Of a stretch of DNA of 64,000 nt, positions 40,692-53,300 are shown piece after piece (position 1 is the first letter of the stretch; each line of letters opens with the position of its first letter). Origin of the DNA: Haliotis cracherodii (lineage: Eukaryota); contig NW_027266265.1 in the NCBI RefSeq assembly GCF_022045235.1, positions 14,136,001 to 14,200,000 on the forward strand, given 5' to 3'. Made by a program: the position numbers and the translations under genes. The notes beneath the pieces were generated by a model that was not told where the DNA came from, ran no database searches, and saw nothing but the letters and a program-made list of their open reading frames with translations.

Positions 40692-41815
40692 ATGAAGATG
40701 TATCCACAAGAACGACTGAAGAGTAGGAAACTACTCTCCCCCATACTCGAGGCGAACGAGCGTCAGTCTAGCCCTCGTAGTCCAAGAACGCCAGAACTGC
40801 ATCAAGATTTACTTGGTAGGAGATCCTGAATTTATGATACAAAACAAATTAAATGCAAGACATCATCACTTGATGTGTTTGTTTGAAGCAATTACAGTTA
40901 CATTCCAAGTATGTCTTTATATAACAGTGGAATCGAGTCGGGTGTTTGTACTTTTGTTTTTGTTTTCGTTTCCAGTTCAGTATATGGACCTGAAATCTCA
41001 AGTCGGAGATTTGGAGGAAAGGTAGGCACAGTCTCGTTTAATATTCATGAACGTTCGTCTAAAATATACAAAAAGGGAAAACAAGAAATACTGCATCTCA
41101 TTCAAATATCATAGATAAAATGACTTTGAGAAACGATATCTTCTAAACTATCGACATATCTTTTTTCAGTCTTCTCGATCACCTTTTCAATGAGAATCAG
41201 AAGCTGAGAGAGGAGAACGAGCGACAGGCCCGACAACTCCGGGAGGAGAACGCCTTAAGGCTGAAAGTTGAGGCGGAGAGGCAGGACTATAGGCTGGAGT
41301 ATTACAACTATCGTCTCAGTTACACAATGGCACAGGCCGAGCTCCAGGAACTGAAGCAGACGCTAGAGGGACTGGCGGGCGACTGGGAGAAGGAGAAGCA
41401 GACAGAGGTAGAGCAGAGGAAGAAGCTGGAGGAAGAGCTGGCAGCTCTCCAGCGCCAGACTGCCCCTCTGACCTGTCATACTCCTGCCAATAAGCGGACC
41501 AGTTCCTCCAGCGTCGGTCCTCCAATTCAACCAAGGAAGGCTCGAAGACCTTACACAGGAAAGTCAAAGGACAAAGTTCAAAGCAAGATCTCACATGTCA
41601 AGACATACTTGTCTGCTTCCGGTGACAGCTTGGTGAAGGCCAAGGCCACAGATAAGAATGAAAGCAAGTTGAAGGTCACTTCCAGTGTAAGATCCATTCT
41701 GAAAGACAGCAAGAGAGGACAGGTTGCTGAAAAAAACCCAACGCGATCTTCAAGGAACCTTTCTGTGAGATTCACAAAGGAAATGCCAGTTGGAAAGACC
41801 CGTCACGAAATGTAA
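40692..41815 (+). CDS. Array gene copy 8 (exons 40692-40815, 40976-41021, 41170-41815)
   Basis: Same exon structure; open frame. Confidence 0.85.
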
Positions 41816-43004
41816 TTACGACCCTCGCCACAAGGAACAAACTGTATAAACTGTTTAATTGTTGGTTCTTTAATTCATATTGATTTCACATTCTTGTAAT
41901 TCCGTGTGTAAAATAATCGCTGACTATGTTGTGCATGTGTCAGTGTTTCTCTGTTAACATCTGGGTAATATATCACGTTACTGAAGAAACTGCTTTGTGT
42001 TTGTATTTACAACCTCATCAATTATGTGGGAAGTCAATGATCACCTCTCAACTCTGACCAGGATGATGCATGTCAGTCATGCCCCAAAGTCGTGGGTCGA
42101 TGCTCACACTTTCTACCACTGGTTTGCCTGCTCCCATGCACACACTGTCACGCTACGCGTCACGATACTAAATCCGTACGTCACACGTGTTTCGCATTCG
42201 TGACTAAATGTCACGCTTCGCGGGAATAGATCACGATAGATGAAAGTTGATGAAGAAAACAAATACTTTCATATTTACCTTTAGGTTTATATCGAACACT
42301 AAAACTAAAAGGTCATTTATATTTCTTCTTACCGGGTAATTAGCTTCAGGACGCAATTCGTTACATGTTCAATGAGTGAGTATACACCCTGACACAAGGT
42401 AGACAACTCTGTTCCCCTTATTTCGTGGAGGGACATGAAATGTTGGAAACATTATATCGTTCCCCAATTTTTTTCTTTAATTTCCTTCAAAATAGCATGA
42501 CATTCCCTCGGATTAACATTTGTTGTTTTCTACATAAATCGTAAATAATATATGAGATATTATACACTGTGTCGTAAAAACTATATTAATGGTCATGAAA
42601 TCATTTTGAAATGGATTAATAAGTCCCCATTTAGTTACTGACATGGGTGTATGGAGTGAAGAATACCGAGTCCGTCATTGACCCTTTGAACCTTCACCCG
42701 CCTTTGTGACCGATGTTTGTTAACCAGTTTTCATACATGCGCATATGGCATGCATGTCTACGTTATAGATATCTTTGCAAATGAAGCGTTTAATTGTGCC
42801 CCCAGTTTGTCTGACGTAATGTGCACAAGTCCAGTTTTTCTATATGACCATTTTGCAGGAATATTTACGCTTCGCATATCGGTTCCAATGCAGCGTAAAA
42901 ATGTATTTTTCATTTATCTGTCGTATATAAAAATATCTCAAGAAACACCAGGATGTTATAATTCAGTCTGACGTAATGTGCGGCAAGTATCTCTAAATTA
43001 AATG

Positions 43005-46000
43005 CGCCCACAGTCTGTCTGGCATAAGTGTGTCCCCAGTCTGTCTGCCATAAGTGTGTCCCCAGTCTGTCTGACTTAAGTGTGTCCCAAGTTTGTCTGA
43101 CACAAGTGTGTCCCCAGTCTGTCCGACATAAGTGTGTCCCAAGTTTGTGTGCCCACAGTCTGTCTGACACACGTGTGTCCTCAGTCAATCCGACATAAGT
43201 GTGTCTCCAGTCTGTCCGGCATAAGCGTGTCCCCAGTCTGTCTGACATAAGTGTGTCCTCAGTCTGTCTGTCATAAGTGGGTCCCCAGTCTGTCTGATAT
43301 AAGTGTGTCACCAGTCTGTCTGACATACGTGTGTCCCCAGGCTGTCCGACTTAAGTGTCTCCGCAGTCTGTCCGATATAAGCGTGTCCCCAGTCTGTCTG
43401 ACACAAGTGTGTCCTCAGTCTGTCTGTCATAAGTGGGTCCCCAGTCTGTCTGCCATAAGTGTGTCCCCAGTCTGTCTGTCATAAGTGTGTCCCAAGTCTG
43501 TCCGACATAAAGGTGTCCCCAGTCTGTTTGCCATAAGTGTGTCCCCAGTCCGTCTGTCATAAGTGTGTCCCCAGTCTGTCTGTCATAAGTGTATCCCCAG
43601 TCTGTCCGACTTAAGTGTGTCCCCAGTCTGTCCGACTTACGTGTGTCCCCAGGCTGTCCGACTTAAGTGTATCCCCAGTCTGTCTGACATAAGTGTGTCC
43701 CCAGTCTGTCTGTCATAAGTGTATCCCCAGTCTGTCTGATATAAGTGTGTCCTCAGGGTGTCTGACTTAAGTGTATCCCCAGTCTGTCTGATATAAGTGT
43801 GTCACCAGTCTGTCCGACATAAGTGTGTCCCCAGTCTGTCTGACATAAGTGTGTCACCAGTCTGTCTGTCATAAGTGTGTCCCCAGTCTGTCTGTCATAA
43901 GTGTATCCCCAGTCTGTCCGACTTAAGTGTTTCCCCAGTCTGTACGACTTACGTGTGTCCCCAGTCTGTCTGCCATAAGTGGGTCTCCAGTCTGTCCGAC
44001 TTACGTGTATCCCCAGTCTGTCCGACTTAAGTGTATCCCCAGTCTGTCTGACATAAGTGTGTCCCCAGTCTGTCTCTCATAAGTGTATCCCCAGTCTGTC
44101 TGATATAAGTGTGTCCTCAGGCTGTCCGACTTAAGTGTATCCCCAGTCTGTCTGTCATAAGTGTATCCCCAGTCTGTCCGACTTAAGTGTGTCCCCAGTC
44201 TGTCCGACTTACGTGTGTCCCCAGTCTGTCTGCCATAAGTGGGTCTCCAGTCTGTCCGACTTACGTGTATCCCCAGTCTGTCCGACTTAAGTGTATCCCC
44301 AGTCTGTCTGACATAAGTGTGTCCCCAGTCTGTCTCTCATAAGTGTATCCCCAGTCTGTCTGGTATAAGTGTGTCCTCAGGCTGTCCGACTTAAGTGTAT
44401 CCCCAGTCTGTCTGATATAAGTGTGTCACCAGTCTGTCAGACATAAGTGTGTACCCAGTCTGTCCGACATAAGTGTATCCCCAGTCTGTCTGTCATAAGT
44501 GTGTCCCCATTCTGTCTGTCATAAGTGTGTCCCCAGTCTGTCTGATATAAGTGTGTCACCAGTCTGTCCGACATAAGTGTGTCTCCAGTCTGTCTGACAA
44601 TAAGCTTGTCCCCAGTCTGTCTGACATGAGCGTGTCCCAAGTTTGTCTGACATAAGCGTGTCCCACGTCTATCTGACATAAGTGTGTCCCCAGTCTGTCT
44701 GACATAAGTGTGTCCCCAGTCTGTTTGACATACTTGTGTCCCCAGTCTGTTTGACATACGTGTGTCCTCAGTCTGTCTGTCATAAGTGTGTCCCCAGTCT
44801 TTCTGACATAAGCGTGTCCCAATCTGTCTGACAGACGTGTGTCCTCAAGCTGTCTGTAATAAGTGTGTCCCCAGTATTTCTGTCATGAGTGTGTCCCCAG
44901 TTCCATCATAAGTTTGTCTCCATTCTCTGACATAAATGTGTCCTCAGTCTGTCTGACATACGTGTGTCACCAATCTGTCTGCCATACGTGTGTCCCCGGT
45001 CTCTGTGACATACGTATGTCCTCAGTCTGTCATAAGTGTGTCCCCAATCTGTCTGTCACGAGTGTGTCCCCTGTGTGTCTGACATACGTGTGTTCCCAGT
45101 CTCTCTGACATACGTGTGTCCTCAGTCTGTCTGACATAAGTGTATCCCCAGTCTGTCTGACATACGTGTGTCCCCAGGCTGTCTGACATAAGTGTGTCCC
45201 CAGTCTGTCTGACATACGTGTGTCCCCCGTCTTTCTTACATACGTGTGTCCTCAGTCTGTCTATCATAAGTGTGTCCCCAGTCTGTCTGACATAAGTGTG
45301 TCCCCAGTCTGTCTGACATAAGTGTGTCACCAGTCTGTCTGACATAAATGTGTCCCCAGTCTGTCTATCATAAATGTGTTCCCAGTCTGTCTGTCATAAG
45401 TGTGTCCCCAATCTGTCTGTCACGAGTGTGTCCCCTGTGTGTCTGACATAAGTGTGTCCCCAGTCTGTCTGACATAAGTGTGTCACCAGTCTGTCTGACA
45501 TAAATGTGTCCCCAGTCTGTCTATCATAAATGTGTTCCCAGTCTGTCTGTCATAAGTGTGTCCCCAATCTGTCTGTCACGAGTGTGTCCCCTGTGTGTCT
45601 GACATACGTGTGTTCCCAGTCTCTCTGACATACGTGTGTCCTCAGTCTGTCTGACATAAGTGTATCCCCAGTCTGTCTGACATACGTGTGTCCTCAGTCT
45701 GTCTGACATAAGTGTATCCCCAGGCTGTCTGACATAAGTGTGTCCCCAGTCTGTCTGACATACGTGTGTCCCCCGTCTTTCTTACATACGTGTGTCCTCA
45801 GTCTGTCTATCATAAGTGTGTCCCCAGTCTGTCTGACATAAGTGTGTCCCCAGTCTGTCTGACATAAGTGTGTCACCAGTCTGTCTGACATAAATGTGTC
45901 CCCAGTCTGTCTATCATAAATGTGTTCCCAGTCTGTCTGACATAAGCGTGTCCCAATCTGTCTGACAGACGTGTGTCCTCAAGCTGTCTGTAATAAGTGT

Positions 46001-46700
46001 GTCCCCAGTATTTCTGTCATGAGTGTGTCCCCAGTTCCATCATAAGTTTGTCTCCAGTCTCTGACATAAATGTGTCCTCAGTCTGTCTGACATACGTGTG
46101 TCACCAATCTGTCTGCCATACGTGTGTCCCCGGTCTCTGTGACATACGTATGTCCTCAGTCTGTCATAAGTGTGTCCCCAATCTGTCTGTCACGAGTGTG
46201 TCCCTGTGTGTCTGACATACGTGTGTCCCCAGTCTCTCTGACATACGTGTGTCCTCAGTCTGTCTATCATAAGTGTGTCCCCAGTCTGTCTGTCATACGT
46301 GTGTCCCAAGTCTGTCTGACATACGTGTGTCCCAAGTCTGTCTGACATAAATGTGTCCCCAGTCTGTCTGACATAGGTGTGTCCCCAGTCTGTCTGACAT
46401 AAGTGTGTCCCCAGTCTGTCTGACATAAATGTGTCCCCAGTCTGTCTGTCATACGTGTGTCCCAAGTCTGTCTGACATAAATGTGTCCCCAGTCTGTCTG
46501 ACATAGGTGTGTCCCCAGTGTGTCTGACATAAGTGTGCCCCCAGCCTGTCTGTCATGAGTGTGTCCCCAGTCTGTCTGACATAAATGTGTCCTCAGTCTA
46601 TCTGTCATGAGTGTGTCCCTAGTCTGTCTGACATAAGCCTGTCCCAGTCTGTCTGACATCCGTGTGTCCCAAGTCTATCTGACATGTGTGTGTGCCCTAA
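43005..46700. repeat. Long terminal 26-bp minisatellite block (~3.7 kb) closing the array
   Basis: Same monomer, with internal higher-order duplications; joins unique DNA at ~46700. Confidence 0.95.
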
Positions 46701-48315
46701 GTGAGTCATCATTGCAGAGGTCACGTTTTTATGACATTGTTTTTGATATTTTAACAGTTGTTGGAGTTTATTTATATGCGGTGGCTTTAAGTAACATTAT
46801 TCTGTACTTGAAAAGTTGCTACGTGTTTTACAAAACGGCATTGATAAATCAATCACTTTTAACCTCACATTGAAAGCTGTGGGTTCGTACGAGTAGTATG
46901 TATAGATTTTGAACTAAGTACTTCGCTGTCACTACGTGAGCAGTTTACGGCTTGCGGGAAAGTCGCCAGTTAAAGCGGTTCAAATGTTTAGGTATCGCTA
47001 AGGACGCTGTGAAAGGTATGAGCGTGGAGTTCAAGTTTCCTAGCAAACATGGATGACAGCCGGGAATTTATAACACGAGTTGACATTGGTTATAGCAGCT
47101 TATTCCATGACGAAATCCTGAAGCTACGAAACCACCCGAGGAAATAGGACTGCAGAGCGTATTGTCGCTAGGCTAGGTAGGACGAGTGTTTATTTTAACA
47201 CCCAGCTTGTCCATGTATATTACACGCTTCGAAACTCAATCATTGTTCAGATGACTGTAGGCTCCTGCTTTATATTGCTAACCTCTGTGTGGTGATCCTA
47301 ACGGCTTTACAACAACGTTTATTAAAATGTCGTAGCTTAACGGACTTCTAAGACCGGGTGGGTTTACTCGCCCACAGCAGGTTGTTGGGTAGGCTGGTAC
47401 ATTGGAGTGCGACAAGGTTGATGTATGTACACCCTGTTCTTTCAAATTCTGTCTTGGAGACGACAGGCATAGGTAATGTTCACTAGGCTGTGTCAGTCTA
47501 ATCTTTCTGGTCACCGATAAAATCCGTTTCTGTTTACATATGATAACAGCTGCGGTGTTATATGCTTTTAACGCATGCTGTAGTATTCACAATGAAGTAC
47601 ATGGCTGATTATGATTACCAAGATAATCGCCTCTGTACAGAACTATTAAGTCTGTTGTATACAGGTAACTCTAAAGCTATAATCCTTTCATAGATTTCTA
47701 ATACACATGCAATGTTCACAACGGGAATTCCACACTGCTGTTCGAAGCTGGAGTGTCAATGCCCGGCTAAGATGCGAAGCGTGTTCTTTTCACTGTATTA
47801 TTTGAGCTGGATCTACCATGTTCCCACATTCTGTTCAGGATTAGTGCAGTTGCATTACTTAATCGGTTTAATCGGCGTTTACTGACAGACTGTCCAAGGT
47901 AAGAACTAACACAGCCAGCAAATCTGTCTCTTCAAACTCATATCGTGGATAAAATTGACATGCTTACAGTCCGGTGTCGGCCAAGAAGACATTGTTAATA
48001 AATGCCCCATTATGCTTTTGTATCGGAATATATCAAGACTGTGTTAACCTATTTCAAGAGGGAAAACGAGACATAAATTGCCGGGCAAAAGAAAGTATAT
48101 ACCTATGTTTAATGATGGCTTTATGCAAGAAATGGTTACTTGTATTTGATACGGGTACCATAGTTGTTTTTTGGACCTTAAGAAGTGTTTCAGTGACTGT
48201 TTTGATAACGTTTGTAATTTTTTTGGTCAAATCGAATTTTCACGTGTATGCTTTCTTTTGCCCTGCAGTTTGTGTGAACTAACAAACTGTTTGAAATACT
48301 GTGTTAACTCATGTC

Positions 48316-48477
48316 GGTGGGGTAGCCTAGTGGTTAAAGCGTTCGCTCGTCACGCCGAAGACCCGGGTTCAAATCCCTACATGGGTACAATGCGTGAAGC
48401 CCATTTCTGGTGTCCCCCGCCATGATATTGCTGGAATATTGCTAAAAGCGGCGTAAAACCATACTCACTCACTCACT
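48316..48477 (+). mobile_element. tRNA-derived SINE family A
   Basis: GGTGGGGTAGCCTAGTGGTTAAAGCG...GGTTCAAATCCC head, same body as the other copies, (ACTC)n tail. Confidence 0.9.
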
Positions 48478-49554
48478 ATTATTATAATTATTATTTATGT
48501 GTTGTAGACAGTATGGATATTTTCTAAATTTGTGAAATAATGCCATTGTCGCTCCATGTGAATCTAAGGCAAACAAACACACAAACAAACAATTATCAAA
48601 GAAAGAAACGAAAACACCAGTTCACAAGCTAATACAGACGGGTTCATGTCCAGACAGTGACATTACCACTTTGAAGATTAGATGATAATTATGCCAAGAT
48701 GGTATTTTTGCTAGCCGTCAAAGGTCTCTTTTTCTTTAAAAAAACCCATATATCTTAAGGATACAATTACTCTTTTATTTATTGGTATAGGTCTGGGTAT
48801 ACTGTATATGTACTCCGGACGGTATTCATATCTAAGGTGCTACATAATACTATAAATGGCTTGGAGCAGGGATTAGAGGGTGTAAACGACAATGCTGATT
48901 AATTGGTGGCACACATGGTTGCCGTTATGATATTGTTCGGCTTGAACGCGGATATATTGTTGCTGATATAACACTGTGTAGTACATGTACCGTTATCCCA
49001 TTGCGCTCGAACACGCAGATCGGTCATTATTATGTTTCATTCAGTGTACTTTGTTCGGTTCTTCAAGGGGGACTGCTCGATTGACTTCCATTATGCAAAT
49101 GTCTGTTTCACGTGATGAACAAGCTGACCCAATATAGTAGCAAAACGTGAACTGTGTAGACCCGGACAATTGAACTGTGCGATAATTGAAGCGATAAGTG
49201 TGTACGTAAGCCCTAGGTCCGGTTATTTAAAGGCTTGTTAACTGATTGGTACGTTTCAGTCCCTTGTCTTGAACGGATGTATGTATACCCCGCCTGTCTC
49301 CAGATCCACGGCATATGATGATGACGGCTAGCCACGCCCATGTAGATAACTAGACATGACTAGACCGTTTGTAGCTCACCTGAACGCTACCTATGTGTGT
49401 AGATAGTATTACACGACTGTGTGTGTGTCACTATTTCTAATTCAACCATGCAGCTGATATTCACTATTTTATCTCCAGAAATATAGACTGAGATTCGGAT
49501 GGATTGGCACGTTCAAGGCAAAGGCTAGCCAGGACTAGACTGAAGGTAGTTCAC

Positions 49555-50250
49555 ATAAGTGGATGACCTGAACATACATACGTGGAGGACCTGAACACAC
49601 ATTCGTGGAGGACCTGAACACATTCGTGGAGGACCTGAACACACATACGTGGAGAAACTGAACACACATACGTGGAAGACCTGAACACACGTGGAGGACC
49701 TGAACACATACGTGGAGGACCTGAACACACATACGTGGAGGACCTGAACACACATACGTGGAAGACCTGAACACACATACGTGGAGGACTGAACACACAT
49801 ACGTGGAGGACCTGAACACACATACGTGGAGGACCTGAACACACATACATGGAGGACATGAACACACATACGTGGAGGACCTGAACATACATACGTGGAG
49901 AACCTGAACATACATACGTGGAGGACCTGAACACACATACGTGGAAGACCTGAACACATACGTGGAAGACCTGAACACACATACGTGGAAGACCTGAACA
50001 CACATTCGTGGAGGACCTGAACACACATACGTGGAGCACCTGAACACACATACGTGAAAGACCTGAAAACATTCGTGGAGGACCTGAACACACATACGTG
50101 GAGGACCTGAACACACATACGTGAAGGACCTGAACACACATACGTGGAGGACCTGAACACACATACGTGGAGGACCTGAACACGCATACATGGAGGACCT
50201 GAACACACATACGTGGAAGACCTGAACACACATACGTGGAAGACATACAT
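49555..50250. repeat. 23-bp minisatellite (GTGGAGGACCTGAACACACATAC)n just upstream of the ASB start codon
   Basis: Tandem periodicity, ~30 units. Confidence 0.95.
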
Positions 50251-50308
50251 ACATAAAAGTGCATCTGAAGACGACACAATGAAGTGAACGCTTGCCTCGA
50301 GTGGTTCA

Positions 50309-53300
50309 ATGAAGAATCTGACAATGCTGCAGAGGAAGCCGAGACAAGACCCCGCGGTGCGCGACTTCTTCCAGGCGGTGAGGACGCGGAACCACAAGAA
50401 GGTGAGGATGATGCTGAAGAACAAGACCGTGCAGGACCCGGATGTTAGGGACGTGGAGGATCCGCTGCGACCCACGGCGTTGTTGGTGGCTAGTGAGATC
50501 GACGACGAGGAGACAGCGTGGCTACTGCTGAAGCCCAAGAACAAACCAGCTGACGTTAACGCTGAAACTGTTAGAGGGAGGAGGGCAATCTGGTGAGTTA
50601 AGGGACTGACTGCATGTTATCTCTGAGCAGGTTTTGTTTATTTTGTTTATTTTGTTTATCATAGCACATTTTTTTCAGGACATCCTGCACTTACAGCGAA
50701 CATATATTTCTTTTTGTGTAACGCCTGACTCTAAATTAATTATTTTCCAGTATGTTATTCACAGGAACACGTATCCCTAAAAATATTAATGATAATACCG
50801 TGTTTCATAATTGTTTCAGTAAAATTTCGTTGGTCAGTAAACGCGCTTATGGGCGAATACAAAACGTCTTCATTTATTTAAACGACAGAAGTCGACTGAT
50901 TATCCGGACGATATAACTGGGAACAGTACATGGTTTCAATGTGAGTTGATTTGTAGAGATTGTTAACCATCAGAGAAAATTATTTACGAATTTGTCCTTC
51001 CGTGGAGGTGGGCGGCCAAACACGGGAGCGAGAAGCTGGCAGAAGTTCTACTCAGGAAGCCTGGATGTGAGGTGAACGAGTTGGACAAGGAGACAGGTGG
51101 GTGTGAGGTGGACGAGTTGGACGAGGAGACAGGTGGGTGTGAGGTGGACGAGTTGGACAAGGAGACAGGTGGGTGTGAGGTGAACGAGTTGGACAAGGAG
51201 ACAGGTGGGTGTGAGGTGGACGAGATGGACGAGGAGACAGGTGGGTGTGGTGTGAGGTGGACGAGTTGGAAAAGGAGACTGATAGGTGTGAGGTGGACGA
51301 GTTGGAAAAGGAGACTGATTGGTATGAAGTGAACGAGATGAACGGGTGGGTCAGACTGATGGATGTGAGGTGAACGAGTTAGACAAGGAGACAGGTGGGT
51401 GTGAGGTGGACGAGTTGGACGTGGAGACAGGTGGGTGTGAGGTGGACGAGATGGACGAGGAGACAGGTGGGTGTGGTGTGAGGTGGACGAGTTGGAAAAG
51501 GAGACTGATAGGTGTGAGGTGGACGAGTTGGAAAAGGAGACTGATTGGTATGAAGTGAACGAGATGAACGGGTGGGTCAGACTGATGGATGTGAGGTGGA
51601 CGAGTTAGACAAGGTGACAGGTGGGTGTGAGGTGGACGAGATGGACGAGGAGACAGGTGGGTGTGGTGTGAGGTGGACGAGTTGGAAAAGGAGACTGATA
51701 GGTGTGAGGTGGACGAGTTGGAAAAGGAGACTGATTGGTATGAAGTGAACGAGATGAACGGGTGGGTCAGACTGATGGATGTGAGGTGGACGAGTTAGAC
51801 AAGGTGACAGGTGGGTGTGAGGTGGACGAGTTGGACGAGGAGACAGGTGGGTGTGGTGTGAGGTGGACGAGTTGGACAAGGAGACTGATTGGTATGAAGT
51901 GAACGAGATGAACGGGTGGGTCAGACTGATGGATATGAGGTGGACGAGTTAGACAAGGTGACAGGTGGGTGTGAGGTGGACGAGTTGGACGAGGAGACAG
52001 GTGGGTGTGGTGTGAGGTGAACGAGTTGGACAAGGAGACTGATGGGTGTGAGGTGTACGAGTTAGACAAGGAGACTGATGGGTGTGAGGTGTACGAGTTA
52101 GACAAGGAGACTGATGGGTGTGAGGTGTACGAGTTAGACAAGGAGACTGATGGGTGTGAGGTGTACGAGTTAGACAAGGAGACTGATGGGTGTGAGGTGT
52201 ACGAGTTAGACAAGGAGCAGGTGGGTGTGAGGTGTACGAGTTAGACAAGGAGACTGATGGGTGTGAGGTGTACGAGTTAGACAAGGAGACTGATGGGTGT
52301 GAGGTGTACGAGTTAGACAAGGAGCAGGTGGGTGTGAGGTGTACGAGTTAGACAAGGAGACTGATGGGTGTGAGGTGTACGAGTTAGACAAGGAGCAGGT
52401 GGGTGTGAGGTGTACGAGTTAGACAAGGAGACTGATGGGTGTGAGGTGTACGAGTTAGACAAGGAGACTGATGGGTGTGGTGTGAGGTGTACGAGTTGGA
52501 CGAGGAGACAGGTGGGTGTGGTGTGAGGTGTACGAGTTAGACAAGGAGACTGATGGGTGTGGTGTGAGGTGGACGAGTTGGACGAGGAGACAGGTGGGTG
52601 TGGTGTGAGGTGTACGAGTTAGACAAGGAGACTGATGGGTGTGGTGTGAGGTGGACGAGTTGGACGAGGAGACAGGTGGGTGTGGTGTGAGGTGTACGAG
52701 TTAGACAAGGAGACTGATGGGTGTGAGGTGTACGAGTTAGACAAGGAGACTGATGGGTGTGGTGTGAGGTGTACGAGTTGGACGAGGAGACTGATGGGTG
52801 TGGTGTGAGGTGTACGAGTTAGACAAGGAGACTGATGGGTGTGGTGTGAGGTGGACGAGTTGGACGAGGAGACAGGTGGGTGTGGTGTGAGGTGTACGAG
52901 TTAGACAAGGAGACTGATGGGTGTGAGGTGTACGAGTTAGACAAGGAGACTGATGGGTGTGAGGTGTACGAGTTAGACAAGGAGCAGGTGGGTGTGAGGT
53001 GTACGAGTTAGACAAGGAGACTGATGGGTGTGAGGTGTACGAGTTAGACAAGGAGACTGATGGGTGTGAGGTGTACGAGTTAGACAAGGAGACTGATGGG
53101 TGTGAGGTGTACGAGTTAGACAAGGAGACTGATGGGTGTGGTGTGAGGTGGACGAGTTGGACGAGGAGACAGGTGGGTGTGGTGTGAGGTGTACGAGTTA
53201 GACAAGGAGACTGATGGGTGTGAGGTGTACGAGTTAGACAAGGAGACTGATGGGTGTGAGGTGTACGAGTTAGACAAGGAGCAGGTGGGTGTGAGGTGTA

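Larger units (their letters stand above)
1..46700 (+). repeat. Tandem gene array of 8 units (satellite + SINE + promoter + gene + spacer); the left end may lie outside the window
   Basis: Near-identical blocks recur; last-exon ORF starts at 3307, 8415, 15090, 22092, 26208, 31501, 36431 and 41327. Confidence 0.95.

Noticed and set aside
19-46659. Numerous 'MSDRLGTHLCQTDWGHTYVRQTGD' ORFs
   Set aside because: They are translations of the 26-bp minisatellite cycling through frames (26 is not a multiple of 3); no splice or start context.
48316-48390. tRNA gene
   Set aside because: It continues into a SINE body and (ACTC)n tail, lacks a proper acceptor stem, and is a dispersed family with TSDs.
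49525-50544. Long minus-strand ORFs of 239-339 aa
   Set aside because: Read-through of the 23-bp minisatellite and antisense of ASB exon 1.
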